NCBI GenBank assembly: GCA_036679605.1
Contig: JAZDCZ010000251.1
Location: 32,001-96,000, forward strand
Direction of reading: 5' to 3'
Length of the DNA stretch: 64,000 nucleotides
Source: Gemmatimonadota bacterium
Lineage (GTDB): Bacteria; Gemmatimonadota; Gemmatimonadetes; Gemmatimonadales; GWC2-71-9
Positions within the stretch are counted from its first letter, which is position 1, and each line of letters opens with the position of its first letter. Below, one piece after another: positions 37,832-48,700 of this stretch. Made by a program: the position numbers and the translations under genes. The notes beneath the pieces were generated by a model, which was not told the origin of the DNA, made no database searches, and was given only the letters and a program-made list of their open reading frames with translations.

Positions 37832-38296
37832 ATGAAAAAAGCGCAGTTCAAGATCCTCGTTGTCGATGATTCGAACCTGGTTCGCGGTCTCTTGAGCGAT
37901 ATGCTGAGCGAATTGGACGGTGTCTGTACCGTTCACCGCGCCGCAGATGCTAAAGAAGGTCTGGAGCTGGTATCCCAGCTCGAACCTGACTTGGTTACCC
38001 TGGATATCAGGCTGCCGGGCGAGACCGGCGTAGACCTGCTGGCAAAGATCAAGGCGCAGAAGGACCCTCCGGAAGTCGTGATGCTGACCAACTATCCCTT
38101 TTCCACGTACCGCAAGGTCTGCGCCGAGCTTGGGGCGGATCATTTCCTCGACAAGACGACGGAACTGCACAAGCTGCTCGAAGTAGTGAGAAGTGCCATC
38201 GCAAGAGAAGTAGTGAAAAATGCCATCGCAAAAAAAGGCAACGGCGCGCGGCCCAACTCTTGTTTCGACCCGCCGGACAACGAACGCAGAGAGTGA
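37832..38296 (+). CDS. Single-domain response regulator
   Basis: LVVDD, TLDIRLP, MLT and FLDK. Confidence 0.88.
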   Translation: MKKAQFKILVVDDSNLVRGLLSDMLSELDGVCTVHRAADAKEGLELVSQLEPDLVTLDIRLPGETGVDLLAKIKAQKDPPEVVMLTNYPFSTYRKVCAELGADHFLDKTTELHKLLEVVRSAIAREVVKNAIAKKGNGARPNSCFDPPDNERRE

Positions 38297-38736
38297 CGGT
38301 CAAGAACATGGTAGAGTGCCTTCTTGTGGAAGACAATCCGACGGACGCGGAACTCACTAAGCGGGTGTTGCGAGGCGAGGTCCTGAAAGACGATTTCATG
38401 GTCGCGCGCGACGGGCAGGAGGCGCTGGACTTCATCTTCTGTCGCGGCGACTGGTCCAATCGTGACATCGACGACCGCCCCAAACTGGTGTTGCTCGATC
38501 TCAGACTTCCCAAGGTGGACGGGATCGAGGTACTGAAACAAATCAAGTCAGATGCACGCACGCGAGCGATCCCGACGGTGATACTGACGTCGTCGCGCCA
38601 AGATCATGACATCGAGACGTGTTACAAACTCGGCGCCAACAGTTATGTCGTGAAGCCAATGGATTTCGAGAAACTGACAGAGACCGTCTCCGAGGTCGGC
38701 CGCTACTGGCTCCTGTTCAACGAACCGCCCCGGTAA
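38293..38736 (+). CDS. Single-domain response regulator (Rcp1-like)
   Basis: LVEDNPTD, LLDLRLPKVDG and GANSYVVKP. Confidence 0.92.
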   Translation: MTVKNMVECLLVEDNPTDAELTKRVLRGEVLKDDFMVARDGQEALDFIFCRGDWSNRDIDDRPKLVLLDLRLPKVDGIEVLKQIKSDARTRAIPTVILTSSRQDHDIETCYKLGANSYVVKPMDFEKLTETVSEVGRYWLLFNEPPR

Positions 38737-38742
38737 GGACCG

Positions 38743-41700
38743 ATGACCGAGAAGCTCCGGATCTTGATTCTCGAGGACGTTGCCGACGACGCCGAATTGC
38801 AGGAACGGGAACTTCAGAAGGCGGGAATCGAGTTCATTTCAAAGTGCGTGGAGACTCGCGAAGACTTCCTTGCCGCACTCGAAGACTTCGTCCCCGATAT
38901 CATTCTGTGTGACTATATGCTGCCGACTATTGACGGCATGATGGCGCTCAAGCTGATACGAAAGCACTCTCCTAACGTGCCTGTCATCATCGTAACTGGC
39001 TCGATGAACGAAGAGACAGCGGTCGAGTGCCTCAAGGCCGGCGCCGCGGATTACGTGATCAAAGATCATCTCGTGCGCTTGACACTGGCTGTGAAGAACG
39101 CACTGAACAAACAGCTGCAACGCGAAATCAAGCAGCGAGCCTTCCGAGCCCTGCGGGAAAGCGAGGAGAGGCACCGATCGCTTACCGAAGCGATCCCCGA
39201 CATGATCCTACTGGTTGACCGCGAAGGCACATATCTCGAATACAAACCTTCGGATGACTTCGCGCCTACAGTACCGGCCGAAACGTTCTTAGGCAGAAAG
39301 ATCTCCGACGTGATGCCAAAGGACGTGACCCGAGCGTCGATCGAGGCCATCCGTCAGGCTCTGGCAACCGAAACCCTTCAAACTTTCGAGTATGAGCTTG
39401 TCAAGGAAGGTCAGTTGCATTACTTCGAGGCCCGAGCAGCACCCAATGCGCAAGGCGAAGTCTCGCTGGTGATACGTGACATCACCGAACGCAAAGAGGC
39501 CGAAGAGATCGTCGAACGCATGGCGCTGCGGCAACAGCTGATTCTGAACTCGGCGGGACAGGGAATTGTCGGAGTCGACCGCGACGGCAACATGACATCC
39601 ATCAACCCGGCGGCCGCAAGCACGCTCGGTGGTACCATCTCCGGTCTGCTCGGAAGGCCGCTGCAGCCGCGGGAGCGTGACTCGGGCCCCAATGACAGGG
39701 CCTGCTCGGACTACTCGAGTACTGTAGATCAGACACTCGTCGATGGGCTCCCCCGCGAGGCCGACGCCATTTTTCAGAAACTCGACGGGAGCAGTTTCCC
39801 CGTCCGGTTAGTGTGTACAGCCATTGGTAACGACCGTCAAATCGACGGGGCGGTCGTTGTATTCGAGGACATCAGTGAGAAGAAGCAGCGAGAGGAAACG
39901 CTATCGCTACAGGGTGCCGCCCTCGAAGCCGCCGCAAACAGCATTGTCATCACAGATCCCCAGGGAGTTATCCAATGGGTGAACTTGGCGTTTACCAAAC
40001 TAACGGGCTACACGGCCGAGGAGGCCATCGGACAGAATCCACGCATCCTCCAATCTGAGAGACAGGAGCGGTCGTTCTACACGGAACTGTGGGACACGAT
40101 TCGCGCCGGCCGCACATGGCGCGGCGAACTCATCAACAAGCGCAAGAACGGAAGTCTGTACACCGAGGAGATGACAATCACGCCCGTGCCCGATTCGAGC
40201 GGCAACATATCGCATTTCGTCGCGATCAAGCAGGACATCACGGAGCGGAAGGCATCGGATGAGACCTTGCGCAAATCCGAGGAGAGTTTCCGCAACCTCG
40301 TGCAGCACGCCACATACGGAATCTACCGGTCGTCACCGGATGGCAGGTTCCTCTCCGTCAACCCTGCCCTGGTCGAGATGCTGGGGTATCGGTCGGAAGA
40401 GGACCTTCTCTCCATCGACATGAATAAAGACTTGTACGCCGATCGAGGAATGAGGCAAACGCTGATCGAAGAGTTCGAGCTGAGCAAGCTAGTGGACGGG
40501 GTAGAGACCCCGTGGCTGAGACGGGACGGGAACCCGCTCATGGTGCGGCTCAGCGGGCGCCCCGTCAACTCCTCCAACGGCAATCTGGAGTGCTTCGAGA
40601 TGATCGTGGAGAACGTGACGGCGCGGAGCAAACTCGAAACGCAGCTCAGACAGGCGCAGAAGATGGAGGCAATCGGAAATCTCACTAGTGGGCTCGCACA
40701 CGACTTCAACAACCTGCTCTCGGTGATCATCGCCAACACAGAACTCCTCACCGAGTCACTCACCCGTGAAGATCTCCGATTTCTCGCAAAGGACATCTCG
40801 ACGGCAGCAGATGCCGGAGCGCACATGGTGAGGCAGCTCCTCGGGTTCAGCCGTATAGCAGTGCTCGAGATGCACACCATAAACTTGGGCAAAGTCGTCG
40901 CCGATACGTCGTCAATGCTCAAGCGACTGATTCCCTCAAACATTGTCATCGATGTCACAGCGGATGAGAAGTTGAGGGCAGTCCGCGCCGATGCGGTATT
41001 GGTCGAGCAGATCATCCTCAACCTCGCAACCAACGCGCGCGACGCCATGCCTGACGGTGGAAACCTGTCCATCGAAGTCCGGGAAACGATCGTTAAGGAC
41101 GATCGGCAGCCATTCCCCTGGTTCGTGCCGGGAGAGTACGTGCGGGTCGCGGTAAGGGACACGGGCGAAGGGATGGACGAAGCGACGCGTTCCAAGATCT
41201 TCGAGCCGTTCTTCACGACAAAGCCAAAGGGCTCCGGCACCGGACTTGGAATGGCCATGGTATACGGTCTGATGAAACAGCAGGGGGGCTACATTCTGGT
41301 TGAGAGCGAACCCGGTATTGGTACTACCCGAAGAGCATTGTCAGGTGAGCGCAGAGCCCAAACGGTTGCACGGTGGCGAGACGGTACTCTACGCGGAAGA
41401 TCAGGATGCTCTGCTACGAACCGGGACGCTGGTGCTCGAGCGCAATGGCTACACTGTCATCTCTGCTGCAAACGGCCGAGAGGCGATAGAGCAATTCCGC
41501 GAACATCAGTCAGAGATAGACATCGTACTTTGCGATATGGTAATGCCCGAAATGGGAGGCGCCGAAGTATTTCGAGTCGTGAGGGAGATCGCCGAGGACA
41601 TACCCTTCCTGATGGTGACCGGCTACGCGCAAACTGAGGCAGAAGATGCCATGGGAGGCAATGTTCACGTGCCAACGCTGTCGAAGCCATGGACGATCGA

Positions 41701-41752
41701 CGAACTGCTTCATGCGGTGCGGCGCGAACTGGAGGGAGTAGTAAGGCGGTAG
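38743..41752 (+). pseudogene. Hybrid REC-PAS(n)-histidine kinase-REC, frameshifted near 41328
   Basis: AHDFNNLL, NARDAM and FFTTK..GTGLG; after EPGIGTT the C-terminal receiver (ETVLYAEDQ...) is in another frame; intact paralog at 54517-57282. Confidence 0.8.
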
Positions 41753-41836
41753 AAAAGGGCGGGAGAAAAGGGCGGTAGAGCGTGGCACTGCTGGAGCATG
41801 GCTCAGCAACCCGAGCCAATCAAAGGAGCATAAATC

Positions 41837-42730
41837 ATGGCGAAACGAAAGACAGCGAAGAAGACCGCAGGAACCCGTACTGTGGCAGATATCCTCGTGT
41901 TGCGCCAGGACGAGTTGTTGGTTGATTGGCTGGAGAACATCAAGACGCTGGTCGGGACACGCACATTCGAACTGATGACCGAGGAGCAACTGCGCACCCA
42001 GGCAAAGGGTCTGCTGGCAACGCTGACGACGGCTTTTGGCGCAGAGCAGTACGTTGACATCGAGACGCCGGAGTTCGCCGACTCGGTGGCCATGCTGCGC
42101 GACATCAGCGTCGCCCGCGCCAAACAGGACTTCACTCCCTCCGAGACGGCGGTCTTCGTCTTCTCGCTCAAGGACGCCCTGCTAAAGTTCCTCCATGAGG
42201 AGTTGGGCGATCAGCCGCAGCTGCTCAACGACGAGATCACAAAGGTGAACAAGGTGATCGACAGTCTCGGACTGATCACCTTTGAAGCCTTCGCTCTGAC
42301 GCGCGAGAACATCATCGCCGAACAGAGCCGGTCGCTGATGGAACTCTCTACGCCGGTGATGAAGCTGTGGGACGAGATCGTGATGCTGCCCCTGGTCGGT
42401 GTGATCGACACTCCGCGCGCCGCGCAGGTGATCGAGGTGCTGCTCAGGACCATCGTCGAGACAGAGTCGCGCGTGGCAATCATGGACGTCCTCGGCGTGC
42501 CGGTCATCGACACGAAAGTGGCGCAACACCTGATGAAAACCGTGACGGCGGCGCAGATGCTCGGCTGCGAGGTCATCCTGACCGGCATCAGTCCCGACGC
42601 AGCGCAAACGCTGACTAAACTCGACATTCAGTTCGCAGGCCTGCGTACCCGGGGCGCACTGCGTGCCGGCATTGCCGAGGCATTCAGACTGGTCGGCCTC
42701 GAGGTCGTCGTGAAAGGAGACCGACCATGA
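41837..42730 (+). CDS. rsbR: Stressosome RsbR (N-terminal sensor plus STAS)
   Basis: ELSTPV.KLWD...[11 protein letters not shown] and [10 protein letters not shown] (both phospho-Thr motifs); [14 protein letters not shown]. Confidence 0.93.
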   Translation: MAKRKTAKKTAGTRTVADILVLRQDELLVDWLENIKTLVGTRTFELMTEEQLRTQAKGLLATLTTAFGAEQYVDIETPEFADSVAMLRDISVARAKQDFTPSETAVFVFSLKDALLKFLHEELGDQPQLLNDEITKVNKVIDSLGLITFEAFALTRENIIAEQSRSLMELSTPVMKLWDEIVMLPLVGVIDTPRAAQVIEVLLRTIVETESRVAIMDVLGVPVIDTKVAQHLMKTVTAAQMLGCEVILTGISPDAAQTLTKLDIQFAGLRTRGALRAGIAEAFRLVGLEVVVKGDRP

Positions 42731-43092
42731 GAGTCGCCGTACTTAGGCTGCACGGCATCCTCCTAACCTCGATCCAGGGCGATCTGAGCGACGAGGACGC
42801 CATGGACTTCCAGGCCGACGTGTTGCGTGAGCTGAGCAGCACCGAGGCCAGGGGGCTGGTCATCGATATCACGGCGATGGACGTGGTCGACTCGTTCATG
42901 GCGCGGGTGATCAACGAAACGGCGATACAGGCGAGGATGCTCGGGGCGCAGGTCATCCTGTGCGGCATGCAGCCCGACGTGGCCCTGACGCTGATCGAGA
43001 TGGGGCGGGAACTCATCGGCGTCGAAACGGCGCTCAACCTCGATCAGGCCTTCAACCGTCTAGAGGAGATGATCGAAGAGCGGGAGGTCTGA
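42727..43092 (+). CDS. rsbS: Stressosome RsbS (STAS)
   Basis: [12 protein letters not shown] (phospho-Ser); [14 protein letters not shown]. Confidence 0.93.
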   Translation: MRVAVLRLHGILLTSIQGDLSDEDAMDFQADVLRELSSTEARGLVIDITAMDVVDSFMARVINETAIQARMLGAQVILCGMQPDVALTLIEMGRELIGVETALNLDQAFNRLEEMIEEREV

Positions 43093-43093
43093 T

Positions 43094-43495
43094 ATGACGC
43101 ACAAACAGCTAGAACTGAAGCAGTCGAGCGACATCGTAACCGCCCGCCAAACCTGCCGGGAGATGGCAGACGAACTCGGCTTCGGCTCGGCCGACCAGAC
43201 CCGCCTGGCCACAGCCGTCTCGGAACTGGCGCGCAACGCGATCCAATACGCTGGTGAGGGCGTGTGCGTCGTCACCGACGAGTCGGGCAATGAGAACGCC
43301 GTCATCCGCGTGGTGGTCGAGGACCACGGCCCCGGTATCACCGACGTGGACAAGGCGCTCGAGTTGGGCTTCACGACGGGCGGCGGTCTGGGCGCGGGCC
43401 TGCCGGGTGCCAAGCGGCTGGCGCATGTTTTTGCACTCGCGTCCGAGCCGGGGCACACGGTCGTGCAACTGAAGATGAGGAGGAAGAAGACCTAG
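43094..43495 (+). CDS. rsbT: RsbT serine/threonine kinase, copy 1
   Basis: DIVTARQ...ATAVSELARN, DHGPGI and GFTTGGGLGAGLPG. Confidence 0.92.
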   Translation: MTHKQLELKQSSDIVTARQTCREMADELGFGSADQTRLATAVSELARNAIQYAGEGVCVVTDESGNENAVIRVVVEDHGPGITDVDKALELGFTTGGGLGAGLPGAKRLAHVFALASEPGHTVVQLKMRRKKT

Positions 43496-43526
43496 GCAAT
43501 GCAGAATGTAAAATGAGAAGTGCACA

Positions 43527-43943
43527 ATGAGGGATGAGCAGGGCGTGGTAGTTACGGTCACGGAGGAGTGGCACGTTGCGAAGGCGCAGCGGGCTGCTAA
43601 GGCGCTGGCGCGGTCGGTGGGGTTGTCGCAAGTGGCGGTGTACAGCATCGCTACGTCGGTGTCGGAACTGGCCAACAACCTGTTCTTCCATACTCGCGAC
43701 GGTGGGATCATCACGCTGAGGGCGGTGAGGCACAATGGGAGCGTTGGCGTCGAGGTCGTGGCGCAAGATGACAGCCCGGGCATTGTCGACATCGACCTGG
43801 CCATGAACGACGGCTTCACGACCAACGGCGGACTCGGCGGCGGGCTACCAGGCGTCGAGCGGCTGATGGACGAGTTCGAGATCGAATCGCAAGTCGGCAC
43901 CGGCACGCGGGTGGTCGCCAGAAAGTGGGAGCGATGCAAGTAG
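43527..43943 (+). CDS. rsbT: RsbT serine/threonine kinase, copy 2
   Basis: ATSVSELANN, DDSPGI and DGFTTNGGLGGGLPGVERLMDEF. Confidence 0.9.
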   Translation: MRDEQGVVVTVTEEWHVAKAQRAAKALARSVGLSQVAVYSIATSVSELANNLFFHTRDGGIITLRAVRHNGSVGVEVVAQDDSPGIVDIDLAMNDGFTTNGGLGGGLPGVERLMDEFEIESQVGTGTRVVARKWERCK

Positions 43944-44506
43944 CCATCGTCAAACGCCCATTGGAAGAGCCGCATTGTGGCGACCAGGCTGGACGCTGGG
44001 AGTACAATGGCAAGGTTGTGCTCTGCATGATCGACGGTCTGGGACATGGCAAGGGAGCGGAAGAGGCGGCGCTGGCAGCGCTGGACTTCGTCGCGCGCCA
44101 TCACCACGAGCTGCTGCTGGAGGTCTTCGCCACCTGCGACAAGGCGCTGCGCAACACACGCGGCGTAGCCATGGGCATCGTCGTGGCCGACTCGGACGCC
44201 CGGACGCTGACGTATGCCGGCATCGGCAACACCCGGGCGATAGTCGTGGGACAGGAAACGACGCGCCTGTCCAGCCACTACGGCATTGTCGGCGGCGGCT
44301 ACCGAACGCTCAAGACCGAGACGGTGCCGTTGACGCCGGACGATTTGGTGATCATGTACACCGACGGCATCGAGGAGTTGATCGACCTGTCGGACTACGA
44401 CGAAACGCTGCGCTCCGACGTCCGCTGTCTGGCCGAGACGATTCTCGAGGACTGGCGCCGGGAGACGGACGACACGGCGGTCCTGGTGTTTCGGAACGGA
44501 GGCTAG
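43934..44506 (+). CDS. rsbX: RsbX-like PP2C/SpoIIE phosphatase
   Basis: CGD, IDGLGHG, TRG, GIGN, YTDGI and DD. Confidence 0.88.
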   Translation: MQVAIVKRPLEEPHCGDQAGRWEYNGKVVLCMIDGLGHGKGAEEAALAALDFVARHHHELLLEVFATCDKALRNTRGVAMGIVVADSDARTLTYAGIGNTRAIVVGQETTRLSSHYGIVGGGYRTLKTETVPLTPDDLVIMYTDGIEELIDLSDYDETLRSDVRCLAETILEDWRRETDDTAVLVFRNGG

Positions 44507-44507
44507 G

Positions 44508-45560
44508 GTGCCTGCACAGGACTTCAAGAACGCATACGCTTCGGTGCTCAGGGCCTTTGTCGCGAGCTGGGAAGAGCAACACCTGGCCGAGGCGGCCGAA
44601 CTGGGGCGCAAGATGGTGCGTGCCGGCGTGCCCCCCGAAAAGATTGCCGAGATTCACGAAGAAGCGATCCAGCGCCTCGCCAAGGAGTATCCTGACACGA
44701 CGCTGCTCGAGTCCGCCCAGCGCATTTCGGCCCCGCTGATGGAGCTGCTTATGGCCTACGGCCTCGCCTTCCGCGAACGAGAGGCCCTGCGCAAGCTGGC
44801 GGAGCGGGAGATCCGTGAACTGAATCTCGGTCTCGAGCGGCGCGTGGACGAACGGACGGCACAACTGGCAACCACCAACAGAGAACTGAAGACATTCACC
44901 TATTCGGTCTCACATGACCTGAAGGCTCCTTTGCGGGCAATAGACGGATTCTGTGCTATGCTCACGAACGGTCACTCCGAGCACCTCGACGCCGAAGGTT
45001 TGCGCATTCTCGATGTCATTCGGCAAAACGCTCAGAAAATGGGACAGCTAATTGACGACCTGTTGACGTTGTCTCGAGTCGGCGAGCGCGAGGTGCAGCT
45101 TGATGAGATCGACATGGCAGAGCTGGCTAGAACCGTGTTCGACGAGCTGCGATCGGAGAAATCTGAGCGCTCCATCCGATTGGAGCTGGGACAACTGCCA
45201 TCAATTCGAGGCGACCGTACGATGATGCGCCAGGCGTTTTCCAACCTAATCGACAATGCAATCAAGTTCACCGGTCCAAGAGACGAGGCAATTATTGAAA
45301 TCGGTTGCAAGACGGACGGCGAGGAGAACATCTTCTATGTGAAGGACAATGGCGTCGGTTTCGACATGAAGTATGTCGACAAGCTGTTTGGAGTATTTGA
45401 GCGTCTACACCATGCCGACGAGTTCCTGGGCACCGGGGTGGGATTGGCAATAGTGCAGCGTGCGATCGGCCGGCACGGGGGGCGGGTGTGGGCCGAGGGC
45501 AAGTTGGACGAGGGGGCAACGGTTTACATCAGCCTGCCACCCCTAAAGATTCCTTCATAA
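44508..45560 (+). CDS. RsbU N-terminal-domain/histidine kinase fusion
   Basis: N-terminal Y...L..F...EE..L..A.ELGR...GVPPEKIAEIH...L.E..MAYG (RsbU_N-like); then SVSHDLKAPLR, NAIKF, DNGVGF and GTGVGL. Confidence 0.85.
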   Translation: MPAQDFKNAYASVLRAFVASWEEQHLAEAAELGRKMVRAGVPPEKIAEIHEEAIQRLAKEYPDTTLLESAQRISAPLMELLMAYGLAFREREALRKLAEREIRELNLGLERRVDERTAQLATTNRELKTFTYSVSHDLKAPLRAIDGFCAMLTNGHSEHLDAEGLRILDVIRQNAQKMGQLIDDLLTLSRVGEREVQLDEIDMAELARTVFDELRSEKSERSIRLELGQLPSIRGDRTMMRQAFSNLIDNAIKFTGPRDEAIIEIGCKTDGEENIFYVKDNGVGFDMKYVDKLFGVFERLHHADEFLGTGVGLAIVQRAIGRHGGRVWAEGKLDEGATVYISLPPLKIPS

Positions 45561-45796
45561 ACTCCTTAGTAAACCTTTCCAGTCACTGCTTAAACTATTG
45601 AGACTAGGTCACTTCTGTTGCGAGACAGTCGGTCTCAAACATCCGCCACAGAAGGCAGAGGAACCCGGACATATCAAACATGGTTTCATGAAATGAGCAG
45701 TATGCACGTTCGGGACAGCATGTCCGTGCCAATCGTCGTCATGCGGAGGGTTCGGTACACACTTCTCCGACTCTGCCCGGGAAAACAACGAGTCCC

Positions 45797-48700
45797 ATGC
45801 ATCTGAGAAGTTCGCCGTTTGTCGTAGCCTTTGGGCTGATCGCCGGTCTGTTGCTCGTCGTTGGCGTGTGGACCGCTCGGACCTCGGCTAATGATGCCCT
45901 CATCCTAAATCTGGCTGGACGGCAGCGGATGCTATCGCAGAGGATCACCAGCGGATACCTCAGTGCCGTGCTGCGAGGCGCAGATCCCACATCGATTGCC
46001 GATCTCGAATCCCTGGCAAGGGAGTTTGAGCAAGGACTTGGAGCGCTCACTGATGGTGGCTCGGTCGCTTACGGTGACAGTGTCGTCTCGTTGCCGGCGC
46101 AGACCGACTCGGTCTTCCGCGCAGCCCTGAACGAAGTGCAGGCAAGTTGGGAGGAGATGCGCGGTGCATCCACAGACTTTGTCGCCCGGCAGGTTGGTGG
46201 GCCGGGGCTCGACCGGGCACTGGCTAACTTGGAGGAAACGTCCCTTACAACACTCAACAGAATGGACCTCGCTGTCCGCATGTTCCAGGCAGCCGCCGAC
46301 ACCAGGACAAGGCGTTCTTTCCGCGTTCAAGTCGGCTTGGCGCTGCTGGCCTCACTGGCGCTTGCCATGGGATTCCTCGGGGCGAAGCACACCAAGCTTC
46401 TGAAGGTACAGTTGGCAAGAGAGCGAGCCGAGGCGGAGCTCGGGGAAAGTGAGTCACGGCTGGCCAAACGATTGGCGGAGTTAGAACAGGTCTACGGGAC
46501 CGCCCCAGTCGGACTGTGCTTCCTGGACACAAACCTGCGATACGTTCGAGTCAACGATCGGTTGGCCGAGATCAACGGACTGCCGGCCTCGGAGCACATT
46601 GGTCGAACTCTACAACAGATCCTCCCGGACGTGGCTAGCGACGTTGAACCGGTTTATCGGCAAGTGATCGCAAGTGGCGAGCCGGTTGTGGACTCGGAGG
46701 TTCACTGTACGACTCCCGCCGATCCGAACGTCGAACGCGACTGGCTCACGAGCTACTTCCCCGTCAAGGACGAAGGCGTTGTGGTGGGCGTGACGACCGT
46801 TGTCCAGGAAATCACCGAAATCAAGCTGTCGAGGAATAGGCTGCGAGAGAGTGAGCAACGCTTTCGCGACCTATTCCAGAATGCTCCCTTCTCGATCTGG
46901 GAGGAAGATTTTTCCCAAGTCAAGACCTACCTGGACGATCTCGGATTCTTCCAGATTGAAGACGTTGAGTCCTATTTGGACGAACACCCCGAGGTTGTGC
47001 GACAGTGCGCGCAAAAAGTGAAGGTGCTGGCCGTCAACCGACGGGCTGCCGAACTACACGAAGCTGAAGACGAAGCGGAATTGCTGAAGGAACTCCCCAG
47101 GACATTCACCGAAGCGAGCTACACGGCGTTCAAGCAGGAGTTGGTGGCCATAGGGCGGGGAGAAACCGCGTGTGACGGAGAGGGGGAGGTAGCAACACTG
47201 AAGGGCACAACGCGTGACGTCGTGGTAAGGTGGTCGGTCGTACCCGGTCACGAGAAGGATCTCGGGCGAGTTCTGGTTTCGCTGCTCGATGTGACCGACC
47301 GGAAGCTGGCCGAACGGGAACTGCGCCGCAACGAGATCATTGTCGCGAGTTCCTCAGATATGCTTGCGCTGTTGGACAAGAAATACACCTACCTTGCCGC
47401 TAACCCGGCGTACCTGAAGGCATTCGGGATGACCCACGACCAACTAGTCGGGCATACGGTGCCTGAGGTGTTCGGAGAGGAGTTCTTCAATGGCGTCATA
47501 AGGCGCAATGCCGACCAGTGTCTGGACGGTGCGACAGTTCGCTACCAAGAGTGGTTTGATTTCCCTGCCTCAGAGAAAAGGTATATGGACATCAACTACC
47601 GTCCCTATCTTGGCCTTGGCAAGGATGTCAGGGGTATCGTTGTCAACGCGCGGGATATCACCGATCAAAAGAGAGCCCAGGACTCAGCTCTTGAGAACCA
47701 GAAGCTCATGGAAGAAACTCAAGAGGTGGCCCGCCTCGGTAGCTACGCGCTCGACATACCCTCCGGTACGTGGGGATGCTCTACGGCACTCTTCGACATT
47801 TTTGGGATCGACGACAGCTTCGATCGAACCGTGAAAGGCTGGCTCACGTTGGTGCATCCCGACGACCGGCAGGTGATGCACGATTACTTGAATACAGAGG
47901 TTCTGGAGAATCGTGGCCGCTTCGACAAGGAATACAGAATTGTACGCTACAACGACGGCCACGAGTGTTGGGTTCACGGTCTCGGCGAGTTGGAGTATGA
48001 CGAGAGGGGTGAGCCTGCGAGAATGATAGGCACCATCCAGGATGTCACCGCACGAGTGCGAGTAGACCGCAAACTCAAGGAAAGCGAACAGCGATTCCGC
48101 ACACTTGCTGCTTCATCTCCGGTCGGAATCTTTCTGGACGACGCTCAGGGAAAAGCGATATTTGTTAATGACGAATGCGCCCGATTGGTGGGTTTGTCGC
48201 CTGAGGAGTGTCTGGGGAGCGACTGGGTAGCCTCCATCCACCCGGACGACCGCGAGCGGGTCGTGAAGCGGTGGCAAAAGAGCATTGAGGAAGGAAGCGT
48301 CTTCGAGCAAGAACACCGCTGGCTCCACAAAGACGGGCAGGTGAACTGGACGTTGGCTATGGCTGCTCCTGTCAAAGATGAAGCCGGCCACCTGTCGCAT
48401 TTCGTCGGAACGCTAGTGGATCTCACCGAGCGCAAGCGGGCCGAGAAAAAGCTCCGACTACGGGAGCAACAGCTAGGCCTCATCTACGATTCGACAGCAG
48501 AGATCCTCTTTCACCTAGGTGTCGAGGGTGGGCTGCATTACAGATTCCTCACGGTGAACAGCGCTTTTCTCAAAGCCACCGGCCTGACCGCAGAAGAGGT
48601 TGTCGGGAAAACAATCGACGAAGTAATACCAGAATCGTCGCTGAAATTGGTACGCTCCAACTACGAAAAGGCCGTGAGGGAAGGAAGAATCGTGTCCTGG

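Noticed and set aside
43109..44611. 500-aa minus-strand ORF
   Set aside because: Antisense shadow of the GC-rich rsbT/rsbT/rsbX genes; no recognisable motifs.
33277..47301. Near-identical PAS segments as a DGR template/variable repeat pair
   Set aside because: Both copies are coding, differences are not confined to adenines, and no reverse transcriptase is present.
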